Shown: positions 42,711-52,688, numbered from the stretch's first letter. The stretch: 61,964 bases of DNA from Actinomycetes bacterium (GCA_021802485.1 JAJZXF010000006.1:1-61964); one strand, 5' to 3'. Notes: generated by a model not told the origin, from the sequence alone. A program made the numbers and translations.

Positions 42711-43727
42711 TTGCCGGGCGAGACCCGAGAACCCGGCCATGCAGCGTCTGCGCAAGGCAACCAGGTGCGATCCGGGCCTCATGGGTCTGAAGTTCCTCGT
42801 CACAGAGCGGGAGATGGCGGTGAAGCAAGACCCCGGGCCGACGGAGTATCGAGCGATGGTCGCTCTGAAACGTCGACTGCTGGCTCCTTTGGTTCTGCGG
42901 ACGTTCGTCTCAAGCTGATTCTTGCCTACGATGGCACCGGGTTCCACGGGTTTGCTGCCCAACCCGGCCAGAGGACGGTGGCTGGCGTGCTCGCTGAGGC
43001 GATCGAGGCTCTGGTGCGAAGGAGGGTGACGATCGTCTGTGCTGGCCGCACCGATGCGGGCGTTCATGCATGGGGGCAAGTAATCCATCTTGATGTCCCG
43101 GCTACGATTGAGCCGCATTCTCTTCTGCGCTCATGCAATAAGATGCTTTCGCCGGAGGTGGTCGTCAGGTCAGCGGTCGTAGCGCCTTGGGGATTTGATG
43201 CGAGGGGATGTGCGGTGTCGCGGCTTTACAAGTACCTGATCAGCGATGATCTTGTTCCGAGCCCTTTCGCAGTGAGACGAGCGTGGCACGTGGGTTCTCC
43301 CCTTGACCTAAGGGCAATGGAGCAGGCGACCTACCCGCTTCTTGGCGAGCACGACTTCGCGTCGTTTTGCAGGCGGCCGAAGAGAGCTGGCGATGCTCCT
43401 GAAGCCTCCCTCGTTCGTCGGGTACTCAGGGCTCGATGGAGCCGCGTGTCGCCTGGGGAAGGGTTCTCGACTGATGTTGGGTCATCAGTAGTCCTGCCGG
43501 GTGCGCTGGGTGAGGCTACGACGCTCTGTTTTGAAATTGAAGCTTCGTCGTTCTGTCATCAGATGGTCCGTTCGGTAGTTGCGACGCTGGTGGAGGTGGG
43601 AACTCACAAGCGGAAGGCGCAGGCGGTTATGTCGGTGCTTGCCGGTCGCGACAGGTCGCTTGCGGCGTCGCCAGCGCCGCCTCACGGTCTTTACCTTTGG
43701 CGGGTGTCCTACGGGCCATTGGGTTGA
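42711..43727 (+). CDS. truA: tRNA pseudouridine(38-40) synthase; start uncertain
   Basis: AYDGTGFHGF, AGRTDAGVHA.GQV, GEHDF, FCHQMVR, APPHGLYL. Confidence 0.96.
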   Translation: MPGETREPGHAASAQGNQVRSGPHGSEVPRHRAGDGGEARPRADGVSSDGRSETSTAGSFGSADVRLKLILAYDGTGFHGFAAQPGQRTVAGVLAEAIEALVRRRVTIVCAGRTDAGVHAWGQVIHLDVPATIEPHSLLRSCNKMLSPEVVVRSAVVAPWGFDARGCAVSRLYKYLISDDLVPSPFAVRRAWHVGSPLDLRAMEQATYPLLGEHDFASFCRRPKRAGDAPEASLVRRVLRARWSRVSPGEGFSTDVGSSVVLPGALGEATTLCFEIEASSFCHQMVRSVVATLVEVGTHKRKAQAVMSVLAGRDRSLAASPAPPHGLYLWRVSYGPLG

Positions 43728-43763
43728 GGCTGCGCGAATGCGTTGTTTCAGATTCCAACTCAG

Positions 43764-44669
43764 CTATGGGTTGCAGATCTGGCACTCTGCGGGGTCAGCG
43801 CGTGCTTCGAGGGCGACGACCGACCGGATCTCTTGGTGCTTACAGGCCTCACAGCCGTCGACCTCTGCTCGGGGACGGCGGACCTCGGAGCCGCACCACG
43901 CGCAGGGGATGCCAAAGAGGACATCCACGACTCCCCAACCAGGAGAACCGCATGAAGGGCAGAGCGCAGCCAGGCGCTGAGCAAGGCGTTCCGCGGCGGC
44001 GGTGATGATTGCTTGGCGGGAAGGACAGGCATGAGCCCGCAGGTCGGTCTCGATACAGGCAAACCCATCACTGGACGCTTGAGCGCACTCTGAAACGCTT
44101 GCAGTCAGGTCTTCGACGTTCGCAATGCCCTTGCGGATCGGGTGAATGCTTCCGGCGTTTGGTCGGGCTATTAGTTGGTGGGTGGGGAAATCCGCGGCGG
44201 TGAGCAGGGCATCCAGGTCATTGCCGGGCGCGACGGCTGCGGTAGCGGTGACGATGTCGCTGCTCGTGTAGGAGCCCGAGACGACCGTGCGCCTGTCGTC
44301 ATCCACCAATACGACGAGTTCCCGGTCTGTGATGACCAATGGCATCGTGGGGTCGGGGCCGATGCTGCCTTCGGAGGCGATTCCAAGCGTTTGGCCGGTG
44401 GCGCTCATCCCGAGGCGTGCCTTTGCAATTGCGGTCTCAAGTGGTGTTCCGCGACGGGCAATGTCGCTAGTGAAGGTCCCGAGCGAATCGGTGTCCACGG
44501 CCACTGCTTCGACCTGTAGCCCAACAGCGCGCTCGAGCGGAGGTCCGATGAGACCAAGCTTGTCATGCTTGGTGGCGAGTGTCGCTGTCTTGCCGGCGTA
44601 GGGATGCGACGCGGGGTCGCCAGTAACACGGTGGCCTTTGATGCTGGTCGTCAGCTTGCCTGGCAACAT
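43764..44669 (-). CDS. DUF6671-family protein (ITPase-like N-terminal part, Cys-rich C-terminus)
   Basis: LATKHDK, DTDSLGTFT.DIAR, ASEGSIGP, ETDLRAH.CPSR, CPSC..PGWG, GIPCAWC, CEAC, CQICNP. ATG 44669 preferred over TTG 44687. Confidence 0.8.
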   Translation of the reverse strand: MLPGKLTTSIKGHRVTGDPASHPYAGKTATLATKHDKLGLIGPPLERAVGLQVEAVAVDTDSLGTFTSDIARRGTPLETAIAKARLGMSATGQTLGIASEGSIGPDPTMPLVITDRELVVLVDDDRRTVVSGSYTSSDIVTATAAVAPGNDLDALLTAADFPTHQLIARPNAGSIHPIRKGIANVEDLTASVSECAQASSDGFACIETDLRAHACPSRQAIITAAAERLAQRLAALCPSCGSPGWGVVDVLFGIPCAWCGSEVRRPRAEVDGCEACKHQEIRSVVALEARADPAECQICNP

Positions 44670-44838
44670 ACTCACACAGTACCGCAAGCCGAAGAAGACT
44701 TCGTGTAATATGATTCGTAAGCGAATAGCCGGGGCGTGGCAGCAAGTCCTGTCTACGCCAGCTGACCAGGTGTTTTAGGTTGAGCTGAGACCATAGTCCT
44801 GGGTCACCAAGAAAGATGCCAGAGAGGAGACATCTCGA

Positions 44839-45624
44839 GTGTTGAAAGGCAAACGCCTTCTCATCAGTGGAGTCGCGACCGGGGACAGCATTGCTGCAGC
44901 GGTGGCCCAGCGAGCAGTACTCGCGGGTGCGCAAGTAGTGCTAACTGCGTACCCGAGAGATGTTGCAGCCGCAGAGGCGGTGGCAGCCCGCCTGACAGCA
45001 CCGCCGGTGGCGGTGCTGTCGCTCGATGCTACCGACGAAGACGATCTGCTCGCAATCGAAGACGATCTGCGTGAGAGGTGGGGCCTACTGGATGGGGTGC
45101 TGCACGCGATTGCCTTTGCACCCAAGCCAGCGCTGCACGGGATAATGGACGTTGCGTCCTGCGACGTCGAGACTGCAATGCGGACAAGCGTCTGGACATA
45201 CGCGGCATTCGGGCGGTTAGTCGGGCGACTGGCACCCTCGGGCGGTGCCAGCCTTGTTGGCCTGGACTTTGATAGCGAGCGAGCATGGCCCGTTTACAAC
45301 TGGATGGGTCCGTGCAAAGCGGCACTGCGTTCCCTGAACGGCTACCTAGCGCGGGATCTTGGCGCGATGGGTGTGCGCGCCAACCTAGTTTCTGCTGGAC
45401 CGCTAAGCACCCGGGCTGCGTCGGGGATCCCCGACTTCCAGGTACTTCTAGACGCCTGGCAACAGCAGGCGCCATTGGACTGGAACCCTGCGGATCCGTC
45501 TGGCGTAGCCGATGCAGTCTGCTTTTTGTTATCAGATCTTGCCAGGGCGATCACGGGGGAGGTGCTCCATGTGGACGCAGGGTTTCACGCTATGGCAACC
45601 CATCTTAAGAAGCCAGAGTGTTGA
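44839..45624 (+). CDS. fabI: Enoyl-ACP reductase (FabI/InhA type)
   Basis: LKGKRLLISGV, HAIAFAP, YNWMGPCKAAL, NLVSAGP, ITGEVLHVDAG. Confidence 0.92.
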   Translation: MLKGKRLLISGVATGDSIAAAVAQRAVLAGAQVVLTAYPRDVAAAEAVAARLTAPPVAVLSLDATDEDDLLAIEDDLRERWGLLDGVLHAIAFAPKPALHGIMDVASCDVETAMRTSVWTYAAFGRLVGRLAPSGGASLVGLDFDSERAWPVYNWMGPCKAALRSLNGYLARDLGAMGVRANLVSAGPLSTRAASGIPDFQVLLDAWQQQAPLDWNPADPSGVADAVCFLLSDLARAITGEVLHVDAGFHAMATHLKKPEC

Positions 45625-45668
45625 TCGCGTGGCATGCGGAGATCGCTTCGAGGCCTCGCACCTTTGGA

Positions 45669-46013
45669 TCAGGATGAAACGTCGTTAGCGTGAAGAGCTG
45701 GCTGGAGGCCAGCTACGAGTTGGAGAAGCTCTCCGATACTGTGAGGCCGTTCGACCGGATGGCGCAACGGACGATCGGAGTTGATCTCGTAATGGTTTCG
45801 GCGTCCGATCTTGGTTCGCTTCACGTAGCCGCCTTCTACAAGATCGGCGATGATTGCCTGAGCGGCCCGCTCGGTAATCCCAACTCGAACAGCTATATCC
45901 CGACCGCGGATCCCCGGGTCGCATGCGATACAGACCAGTACGTGACCGTGGTTGGTTAGGAACGTCCAGCCCGGCCTCGTCGCATCCCCGGGCGTGCGAT
46001 CGGAATGAGGCAC
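45669..46013 (-). CDS. Winged helix-turn-helix transcriptional regulator (WTFLTNH family), divergent from dabB
   Basis: WTFLTNHGHVL, RDIA.RVGITERA.Q.II.DL.EGGY, GRRNHY, PLRHP. Confidence 0.88.
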   Translation of the reverse strand: MPHSDRTPGDATRPGWTFLTNHGHVLVCIACDPGIRGRDIAVRVGITERAAQAIIADLVEGGYVKRTKIGRRNHYEINSDRPLRHPVERPHSIGELLQLVAGLQPALHANDVSS

Positions 46014-46209
46014 ATTGCAAATGGTAGTCGGCTTCGTGAACCACCGGGTGGATTCACAGCGTTATTGCCCTTCCATACGAGTTGCATCACACGAGAAGGC
46101 GGGCTATGATTCACGAGATGAACTTCGTAGATGCTCTTCGACCGGTTCCTATGGAACCGCAACGGCTCCAACCAGAGGCGCTACCTCGCTGTAGTGCTCC
46201 GCTGAGCAG

Positions 46210-47838
46210 GTGATGAACGCAATTGGGCGGCTCTGCCTGGTCGGAGCGGTCATAGCTCCCCTGGTGGCTGCAGGAACATCGTTCTCGAGCCGAACGCCGC
46301 TGGGACGTCGTTCGAGGACCGCAGCTGGCCTTGGATGGTTGTCAGCAACGTTGGCTGTGATCTCTGCGACAATGGTTGGGCTTGTGGGTCCGTTTTCTGT
46401 AAGGCTCGGCGGTGCTCACGCTACTCTGATGCTCGGCTTGTGGGCAGATCAACTCACGGTCACCTTGCTGGTGCTTGTCTGTGTGGTGGGAGCGGTGGTC
46501 CAAAGCTTCTCCGTTAGGTACTTGCAGGCAGACCGATCAGCGGGCCGGTTCTTTGGGGCAGCAAACCTTACGGTGGCGATGATGGCTATCGTGTGCACCT
46601 CCGAAACACTGCCGCTGCTGGTCCTGGCCTGGGTAGGCGCGGGCTTGGCGTTCGTGGCTGTACTGGGAACCCGGCCGGAGCTTCCCGGGGTGCGGATGTC
46701 ATCGCGGCGTACCTTGAGGATGTTCCTCCTCGGTGACCTGGGTCTGGTGGTGGCTCTCGCCATAATCTGGCTGCGAGCAGGAAACGTCGATCTCGTCTCT
46801 GCTGGCGCGCTCCAAACCGCAGTGAGACAACTTGGCAGCTTGCCGGTCGTTGTCGCGCTATTGGTTTTGGTCGCAGCGCTGACCCGTTCCGGCCAGGGGC
46901 CACTCGGGCGTTGGCTACCTGGAACGGTGTCCGCGCCAACGCCTGCGTCGGCTCTCTTGCACGCCGGTGTGGTCAATGGCGGGGGGATACTGCTAATCCG
47001 CCTTGGTGCTCTCAGCGGAGACTCTGCATTGGCGATGGCCGCGGCGTTCAGCGTAGCAGGACTCACCGCGACCGTCGCGAGCAGGCTTGCAGCCCACAAA
47101 GCGGACGTGAAGGGTTCTTTGGCCTTCTCGACGATGAGCCAGATGGGTTTCATGGTCGCCGAGTGCGCTGTTGGTGCTTACCTGGCAGCGGTGGTGCACC
47201 TGATCGGGCATGCTATGTACAAGGCGTCGCTGTTCTTCGGGTCAGGGTCGCAAGTGCCCAGATCGGGATCCTCTGAGCGCTCGTCTACTGTGCATGCTTC
47301 GTGGCACAAATCTACAATTCCGCTCGCGGCCCGTGTCGCTGCAACGTTGGTTGCCACTGGTGCGACCGTGACGGCGATGGTGCTCGTTCCCGGGACGCTT
47401 GCTCACCGTGGGGGTCCGGTACTGCTTGTCTTTGCAGCCTTTAGCGTTGCGGCAGCGGGGTGGTCCTGGTGGGGCCGGTGCCCGGCGTCAGGCCGACTTA
47501 GTGTTTTGTGGACTTTTATCACAGTGAGTGTTGGTGCCCTGTACGGCCTGGTACTCAGCGGCCTGGGACATTGGATCGCGCCAGCGCTACCGTTTGTGGG
47601 CAATCAGGTGCTGAGCCCTTGGTGGTTGGTCGCGGTGCTGGCGGCGGGCATCGCGCTTGCGGCCCTGGAAAGGGTGCCCATCGTAGAGAGATGGCTTCTG
47701 CCGAACTTGTGCAGCATTGGTGCGCCACCGCTGGATCGCGAGCCGGCCGACAGCTCTCAAGTGAGGCACAGCCCGTTGGCGGGTATTGCGACCGATGGGT
47801 CGCAACCGATGAGAACAAATGTTAGGAGCGCAGCATGA
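46210..47838 (+). CDS. dabB: DabB-like proton-conducting membrane subunit (NuoL/ND5 family)
   Basis: Highly hydrophobic; WLP..VSAPTPASALLHAGVVN, STMSQMGFM..E, HLIGHAMYKA.LF; overlaps the dabA start. Confidence 0.88.
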   Translation: MMNAIGRLCLVGAVIAPLVAAGTSFSSRTPLGRRSRTAAGLGWLSATLAVISATMVGLVGPFSVRLGGAHATLMLGLWADQLTVTLLVLVCVVGAVVQSFSVRYLQADRSAGRFFGAANLTVAMMAIVCTSETLPLLVLAWVGAGLAFVAVLGTRPELPGVRMSSRRTLRMFLLGDLGLVVALAIIWLRAGNVDLVSAGALQTAVRQLGSLPVVVALLVLVAALTRSGQGPLGRWLPGTVSAPTPASALLHAGVVNGGGILLIRLGALSGDSALAMAAAFSVAGLTATVASRLAAHKADVKGSLAFSTMSQMGFMVAECAVGAYLAAVVHLIGHAMYKASLFFGSGSQVPRSGSSERSSTVHASWHKSTIPLAARVAATLVATGATVTAMVLVPGTLAHRGGPVLLVFAAFSVAAAGWSWWGRCPASGRLSVLWTFITVSVGALYGLVLSGLGHWIAPALPFVGNQVLSPWWLVAVLAAGIALAALERVPIVERWLLPNLCSIGAPPLDREPADSSQVRHSPLAGIATDGSQPMRTNVRSAA

Positions 47839-50459
47839 GCAACCCAGATCTACCCGCGGCGCGTGCACGATTGCTTGCCCAGGTCGAGGAAGCGGCGCGG
47901 GTGATTGCGCCGCTGTGGCCGCTCGCAACTTTCGTCGCGGTGAACCCGCTGTGGGACCTACGGCACCTGTCCTTTGACGACGCAATAGCTAACGCAGCAC
48001 GGGTGCTTGACATCGACGGATACCCGTCAGAAATCCTGTTCGCGCAAGCCTACGCAGACCGGAGAATCACAGATGCCGACCTGCGAGCCGCTCTCGGCGA
48101 GCTTTCCGCGATCACCGCAGATTCCCCAAGGCGATTGCGAGGGGGTGATTGTGAGCAGGAGAACCCCGAGAATACGGCGGGTGCTCGGGATGGTACTTGC
48201 AAGGAGTCCTGCAGCTCAGGGAAGGTCATGACGCCCACTGAACGCCATGATTACGTCTTCGACTCTGCACTCGCGGCGAGCGTCGACCGGGAGGTCGCTA
48301 AGTGGTGCGGAGCCTACCTAGCGTCTATCTTGCCGGAAAGAGGAACCGGTGGCTTCTACGCGGCGTGGCGAAGTATGGTTGTCCGGGATCCGTCAGCGCG
48401 AGGTCTGGTCGGAAAGGCCGGCCGGGACCGTCTCGGCGGGTACGGCTCTCAACCCGAAGACGCGATTCTCACATGCTTGGATTTACTCGACATCACGGAA
48501 GAAGAGCGCGTGGCGCAGATTGCGCGCCAGTTTGCCCGTATGCCCGGTTGGGCTGGCCATGCCAAGTGGCGGAGTCGCTGGGCAAGCGCTGCAAGCAATG
48601 GTCCAGCACTTCACATGCTTGACTACCTAGCTGTCCGGTATTGCTACGAGGCCGAGCTTCTTCGGGCAGCTAGGACGTGCAAATCCAAGCGATATCGCCT
48701 ACGTGGGTTGGCCCTCGCCAGCCGTTCGGGCTTGCGAGACAAGCGCCCGGAGCGCGGTAAACTACTCCCAGGCCGAAAAGAGTGGTTTGATGTCGTGGAC
48801 GTTCCTGACGATCTACGTGAAGATCTGTCCAGCCTTTCGAGCACGGAGGCTGCTCGGGCCACACTGTCTGCATATGAGACGAACTACCGGGACCAGCTCC
48901 TTGCTGCTCTGAACCGCCCGGCGGCCGGCCCGCCAGCACGATCGGAAGCCTGCTTACAGGCGCAGGCAGTGTTCTGTATCGACGCGCGTTCTGAAGGGTT
49001 GCGCCGTCATCTCGAAAGAGCAGGACCGTACGAGACGTTCGGTTTTGCTGGTTTCTTTGCTCTTCCAATCCGCTACCGTGCCTTTGGGTCTACGGACCTG
49101 ATCGATCTGTGTCCGGTTCTTATTCGCCCGAACTCGGAGTTGGATGAGATGCCCAGTGCAGGGGCGGAGCTTGCTGCGAGTCGCCAGCTTGCAGGTGCCC
49201 AGGGGCTTTCCGCAGCATCTGGCGCGCTTAGAGCGGCCAGGAAGGGAGCCGTCTCGCCCTTCATACTTGCTGAAGCCACTGGGTTCTTCGCTGGACCGAT
49301 TGCAGCTGCAAAGACGCTAGCCCCAGCCCGCTTTGAGGCAGTCCGACGCTGGATACTACGGATGCTTGCCCCGCCAGCACCCACGGTTATCGCAGTTGAC
49401 CTCGGGGACAAAGCGATGAGTGACGAGGAGCAGGCCCTGTTTAGCGAAGCGGCTCTCGTCGCAATGGGCCTCACTCGAAACTTCGCTCCCGTGGTACTTC
49501 TCTGTGGACACGGCAGTACGACCGAGAACAACCCGTATGGCTCCTCGCTTGACTGTGGGGCTTGCGGTGGAAACACGGGCGGCACGAGTGCGCGCGCTGC
49601 TGCTGCGATCTTCAACCGACCGATCGTGCGTCGCTTACTAGCCGACAGAGGTATCTGCATTCCCGAGAGCACCTTTTTCGTCGCTGGCGAGCACGATACC
49701 ACTACCGACAGGGTTACGATCTTCGACCCCCATCTGCTTCCTCCTGCTCATCGCGATGCTATTCGTGAGCTGGAGGTTGCCTTGCGATACGCTGGTAATG
49801 CGCTTGCAGCGGAGCGGGTCTCGCACTTGTCCGGCGCGCGCCACACGGACCCCGTAGCCCAGGTTGTCGCACGGTCTGCTGACTGGGCGCAAGTCCAACC
49901 GGAGTGGGGGCTGGCTCGGAATGCAGCCTTTATCGTCGCTCCTCGGGACGTGACTGCGGGGGTGAACCTGTCAGGCCGCTGTTTCTTGCACTCCTATGAT
50001 GCTGATCTCGACCCGAGCGGCACCGCTCTGGAGATGATTCTCACAGCGCCTATGATTGTTGCCCATTGGATAAGTGCCCAGTATTACTTCTCCAGCGTGG
50101 ACCCGGAGGTGTTTTCCTCCGGCGACAAGACCGTGCACAACATTGTTGCGGGTATCGGCGTTATCCAAGGAGCTGGCGGCGACTTGAAGGTTGGCCTTCC
50201 TCTGCAGTCTCTCTTTGATGCTGGCCTTTGCTATCACGAGCCGATGCGTCTGCTTACAATCGTCCAGGCGCCCCAGCCGCTGCTGGATGCCGTCATCGCT
50301 CGCAACCAGATACTGCGCGAGCTTTTCGACGGGCGGTGGGTTCATCTGGTTGCACGCGATCACGGGTGCGATGCCTGGAAGGTCCGAGACCCTCACGGCG
50401 CCTGGACTAACTGGACGCCTGCATGGTCGAAGGCCAAGGAGCCGATTACCTGTGGATGA
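47835..50459 (+). CDS. dabA: DabA / DUF2309 inorganic carbon transporter subunit (beta-CA-like Zn site)
   Basis: IAPLWPL..FVAVNP, PGWAG, FCIDARSEGLRRHLE, GFAGFF, CGHGS, LDCGACGG, PEWGLA.NA, FLHSYD, HEPMRL. Confidence 0.95.
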   Translation: MSNPDLPAARARLLAQVEEAARVIAPLWPLATFVAVNPLWDLRHLSFDDAIANAARVLDIDGYPSEILFAQAYADRRITDADLRAALGELSAITADSPRRLRGGDCEQENPENTAGARDGTCKESCSSGKVMTPTERHDYVFDSALAASVDREVAKWCGAYLASILPERGTGGFYAAWRSMVVRDPSARGLVGKAGRDRLGGYGSQPEDAILTCLDLLDITEEERVAQIARQFARMPGWAGHAKWRSRWASAASNGPALHMLDYLAVRYCYEAELLRAARTCKSKRYRLRGLALASRSGLRDKRPERGKLLPGRKEWFDVVDVPDDLREDLSSLSSTEAARATLSAYETNYRDQLLAALNRPAAGPPARSEACLQAQAVFCIDARSEGLRRHLERAGPYETFGFAGFFALPIRYRAFGSTDLIDLCPVLIRPNSELDEMPSAGAELAASRQLAGAQGLSAASGALRAARKGAVSPFILAEATGFFAGPIAAAKTLAPARFEAVRRWILRMLAPPAPTVIAVDLGDKAMSDEEQALFSEAALVAMGLTRNFAPVVLLCGHGSTTENNPYGSSLDCGACGGNTGGTSARAAAAIFNRPIVRRLLADRGICIPESTFFVAGEHDTTTDRVTIFDPHLLPPAHRDAIRELEVALRYAGNALAAERVSHLSGARHTDPVAQVVARSADWAQVQPEWGLARNAAFIVAPRDVTAGVNLSGRCFLHSYDADLDPSGTALEMILTAPMIVAHWISAQYYFSSVDPEVFSSGDKTVHNIVAGIGVIQGAGGDLKVGLPLQSLFDAGLCYHEPMRLLTIVQAPQPLLDAVIARNQILRELFDGRWVHLVARDHGCDAWKVRDPHGAWTNWTPAWSKAKEPITCG

Positions 50460-50778
50460 GGCATGGGGGCTGACGCGGATGACGAAGGTGGAGGTCGTAG
50501 TCGGTGGTGAGGATGTGCCGGTAGTAACTGAACTGTTTTCCGAGGTCGGTGCGAGGGGCTACACCGCGATCTCGAACGTGTCGGGCCTTGGCCACAGCGG
50601 CTATCACCAGGGCCGGTTACTGTTCAATGATCGCAGTGTTCTTACCATTCTCACCGTGGTGCTCCCAGCCGAGCGAGCCACCGCTCTTCTCGACGGTCTT
50701 CGTTCATTGCTTGCGAATCGCTCTGGCGTACTTCTCGTCTCTGATACCTGGGTCAGCCGCCCGGAGTACTTCCAGTGA
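50452..50778 (+). CDS. P-II-like signalling protein associated with the DAB locus
   Basis: MTKVEVVV, GARGYTAISNVSGLGHSG, VLLVSD..V.R.EYF; GTG 50452 with an AAGGA RBS, overlapping the dabA stop. Confidence 0.85.
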   Translation: MDEAWGLTRMTKVEVVVGGEDVPVVTELFSEVGARGYTAISNVSGLGHSGYHQGRLLFNDRSVLTILTVVLPAERATALLDGLRSLLANRSGVLLVSDTWVSRPEYFQ

Positions 50779-50928
50779 CGCCGCTGTGTTCGCCTTGCCC
50801 GGCGCCTTGCGGGCTTGGCTCAAAGCTCCGGGAGATCGAAGGTTCCTGTTGTTCGGAATCGAAAGGTTGGCGGTTCTACCCGTTTCACACACCACCCACT
50901 GAGTTCATTCGTGCGCGGTGAGAAAGCA

Positions 50929-51918
50929 GTGATCGTGGATGCTAGCGAGGAGTCGATCACGCTAGCTGCCAGCATGCTGAAGGCTGGGCGCATAGTAGGT
51001 GTCCCCACGGAGACGGTCTACGGCCTTGCAGCAGACGCGTCCAACGCCGAAGCGGTGGCGAGGGTATTCGCGATTAAGGGCCGTCCCGCTGGCCTTCCCT
51101 TGATCGTGCATCTTGATGTAGGGGCGAGTATCGCCGCCTGGGCGCTTGACGTGCCTGATGATGCATTCCGCCTCGCGAGTAGGTTCTGGCCAGGCCCTCT
51201 CACGCTGGTCTTGAGGCGGGATCCGTCGGTTCTAACGGCGGTGACTGGAGGCTTGGACACGGTTGCCCTCCGGATGCCTGCCCATCCGGTCGCACAGCGC
51301 CTCCTTGCGGTCTTCGGCGGTGGCCTTGCGGCGCCGTCGGCCAACCGGTTCGGCCGTGTGAGTCCGACAACTGCTCACGACGTGTTCGCTGACCTTGGTG
51401 GCGAAGTCGACCTCGTTGTCGATGGCGGGCCCTGCGAGGTCGGAATTGAGTCAACTATCGTTGCATTCGACGGTGGTGAGGTTACGATCCTGCGTGCCGG
51501 CGCTACGAGTCCGGGGGAGATCGCAGGGGTGCTTGGGCGCCAGGTGCGTACGGTAACGGGAGGCCTGGTGGAGAGCCCGGTGCGGGCGCCGGGAATGCTG
51601 GAATCGCATTATGCGCCAGATACCCCGCTGGAGTTGTGTGCTCCGCACGAGGCTGAACTCCGCGGAGCTGAACTCACCTCGAGTGGTCTGCGGTTTGGAA
51701 TGCTGTCACTTGGAGGCGTGAGCGCGCAGGGAGCGGCGGTGGTTTGGGACGCGGGTGGCGACATTGCTGTTCTCGCTCGCTCGCTTTATCGGTGGCTTCG
51801 TGAGGCCGATGTCCAAGCCCTGGATCTAGTAGTTGTCGCCTTGCCTCCCGACGAGGGCCTCGGCGTAGCGATCAGGGACCGTCTACAGCGTGCGGCCCGT
51901 CGTTCGAAATCTCCGTAA
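50929..51918 (+). CDS. tsaC: L-threonylcarbamoyladenylate synthase (Sua5/TsaC with C-terminal Sua5 domain)
   Basis: PTETVYGL, KGRP, FWPGPLT, APSANRFG, GIESTIV, APGM..SHYAP, AIRDRL.RAA; start estimated at GTG 50929. Confidence 0.93.
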   Translation: MIVDASEESITLAASMLKAGRIVGVPTETVYGLAADASNAEAVARVFAIKGRPAGLPLIVHLDVGASIAAWALDVPDDAFRLASRFWPGPLTLVLRRDPSVLTAVTGGLDTVALRMPAHPVAQRLLAVFGGGLAAPSANRFGRVSPTTAHDVFADLGGEVDLVVDGGPCEVGIESTIVAFDGGEVTILRAGATSPGEIAGVLGRQVRTVTGGLVESPVRAPGMLESHYAPDTPLELCAPHEAELRGAELTSSGLRFGMLSLGGVSAQGAAVVWDAGGDIAVLARSLYRWLREADVQALDLVVVALPPDEGLGVAIRDRLQRAARRSKSP

Positions 51919-51946
51919 TTGCCAGGCTCGAGAGAGGAGCTGATTC

Positions 51947-52648
51947 ATGTCCACAACGCAACCCTCGGTTCCTAACATTCCCTCCGGTGACCTGGAGATA
52001 GCCCGACCGAGACTCGTGGTCGGTGTGTGTGGTGTTGGGACCGAGGTTGGCAAGACATGGGTTACAGCCCGGGTAGCAGAACGATTGCGACATGCGGGTT
52101 TTGCAGTATCGGCACGCAAACCAGCCCAGTCGCACGAACCAGACGACGTGAACACGGACGCGGCAATCCTTGCTGCTGCGACCGGCGATGCAGCCCAGGC
52201 AGTATGTCCGGAAGTCCGCGACTACGCCGTGGCAATGGCGCCTCCCATGGCTGCCGCGTACCTGGGCCTAGCGCCCTTCAGCGTGGCTGACCTGCTGGCC
52301 GAGCTTCACTGGCCTCGAGGCTGTGACGTGGGGTTCGTTGAGTCAGCCGGGGGGGTTCTCTCACCGATTGCATCCGACGGAGACACGCGCGATCTCATCA
52401 GGCAGACGGATCCCGATCTCGTAGTGCTTGTAGCTGATGCGGGACTCGGTGTCATCAATGCTCTTAGGTTGTCCATAGCCGCCCTTGCGCCGCTTCGTCC
52501 TATAGTCCTGTTGAATCGCTTTGACGACTGCGACGAGCTGCATTGTCGCAATCTGTCCTGGTTGCGCAGCGTGGATAGGCTCGATCCGGTGACCTCGCCC
52601 CAGGGACTTTGTGATCTGATCATCGGCATCCTGGACAGAACAAGATAA
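51947..52648 (+). CDS. bioD: Dethiobiotin synthetase
   Basis: GVGTEVGKT, KPAQS, ESAGG..SP, GLGVIN. Confidence 0.88.
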   Translation: MSTTQPSVPNIPSGDLEIARPRLVVGVCGVGTEVGKTWVTARVAERLRHAGFAVSARKPAQSHEPDDVNTDAAILAAATGDAAQAVCPEVRDYAVAMAPPMAAAYLGLAPFSVADLLAELHWPRGCDVGFVESAGGVLSPIASDGDTRDLIRQTDPDLVVLVADAGLGVINALRLSIAALAPLRPIVLLNRFDDCDELHCRNLSWLRSVDRLDPVTSPQGLCDLIIGILDRTR

Positions 52649-52688
52649 CCAGGTCTCGCCAGCTTGCCCTGATCTCAAGTCAATGACG

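Noticed and set aside
46210-47838. Respiratory complex I subunit NuoL
   Set aside because: No other nuo genes are present, and coupling to DUF2309 identifies it as DabB-like.
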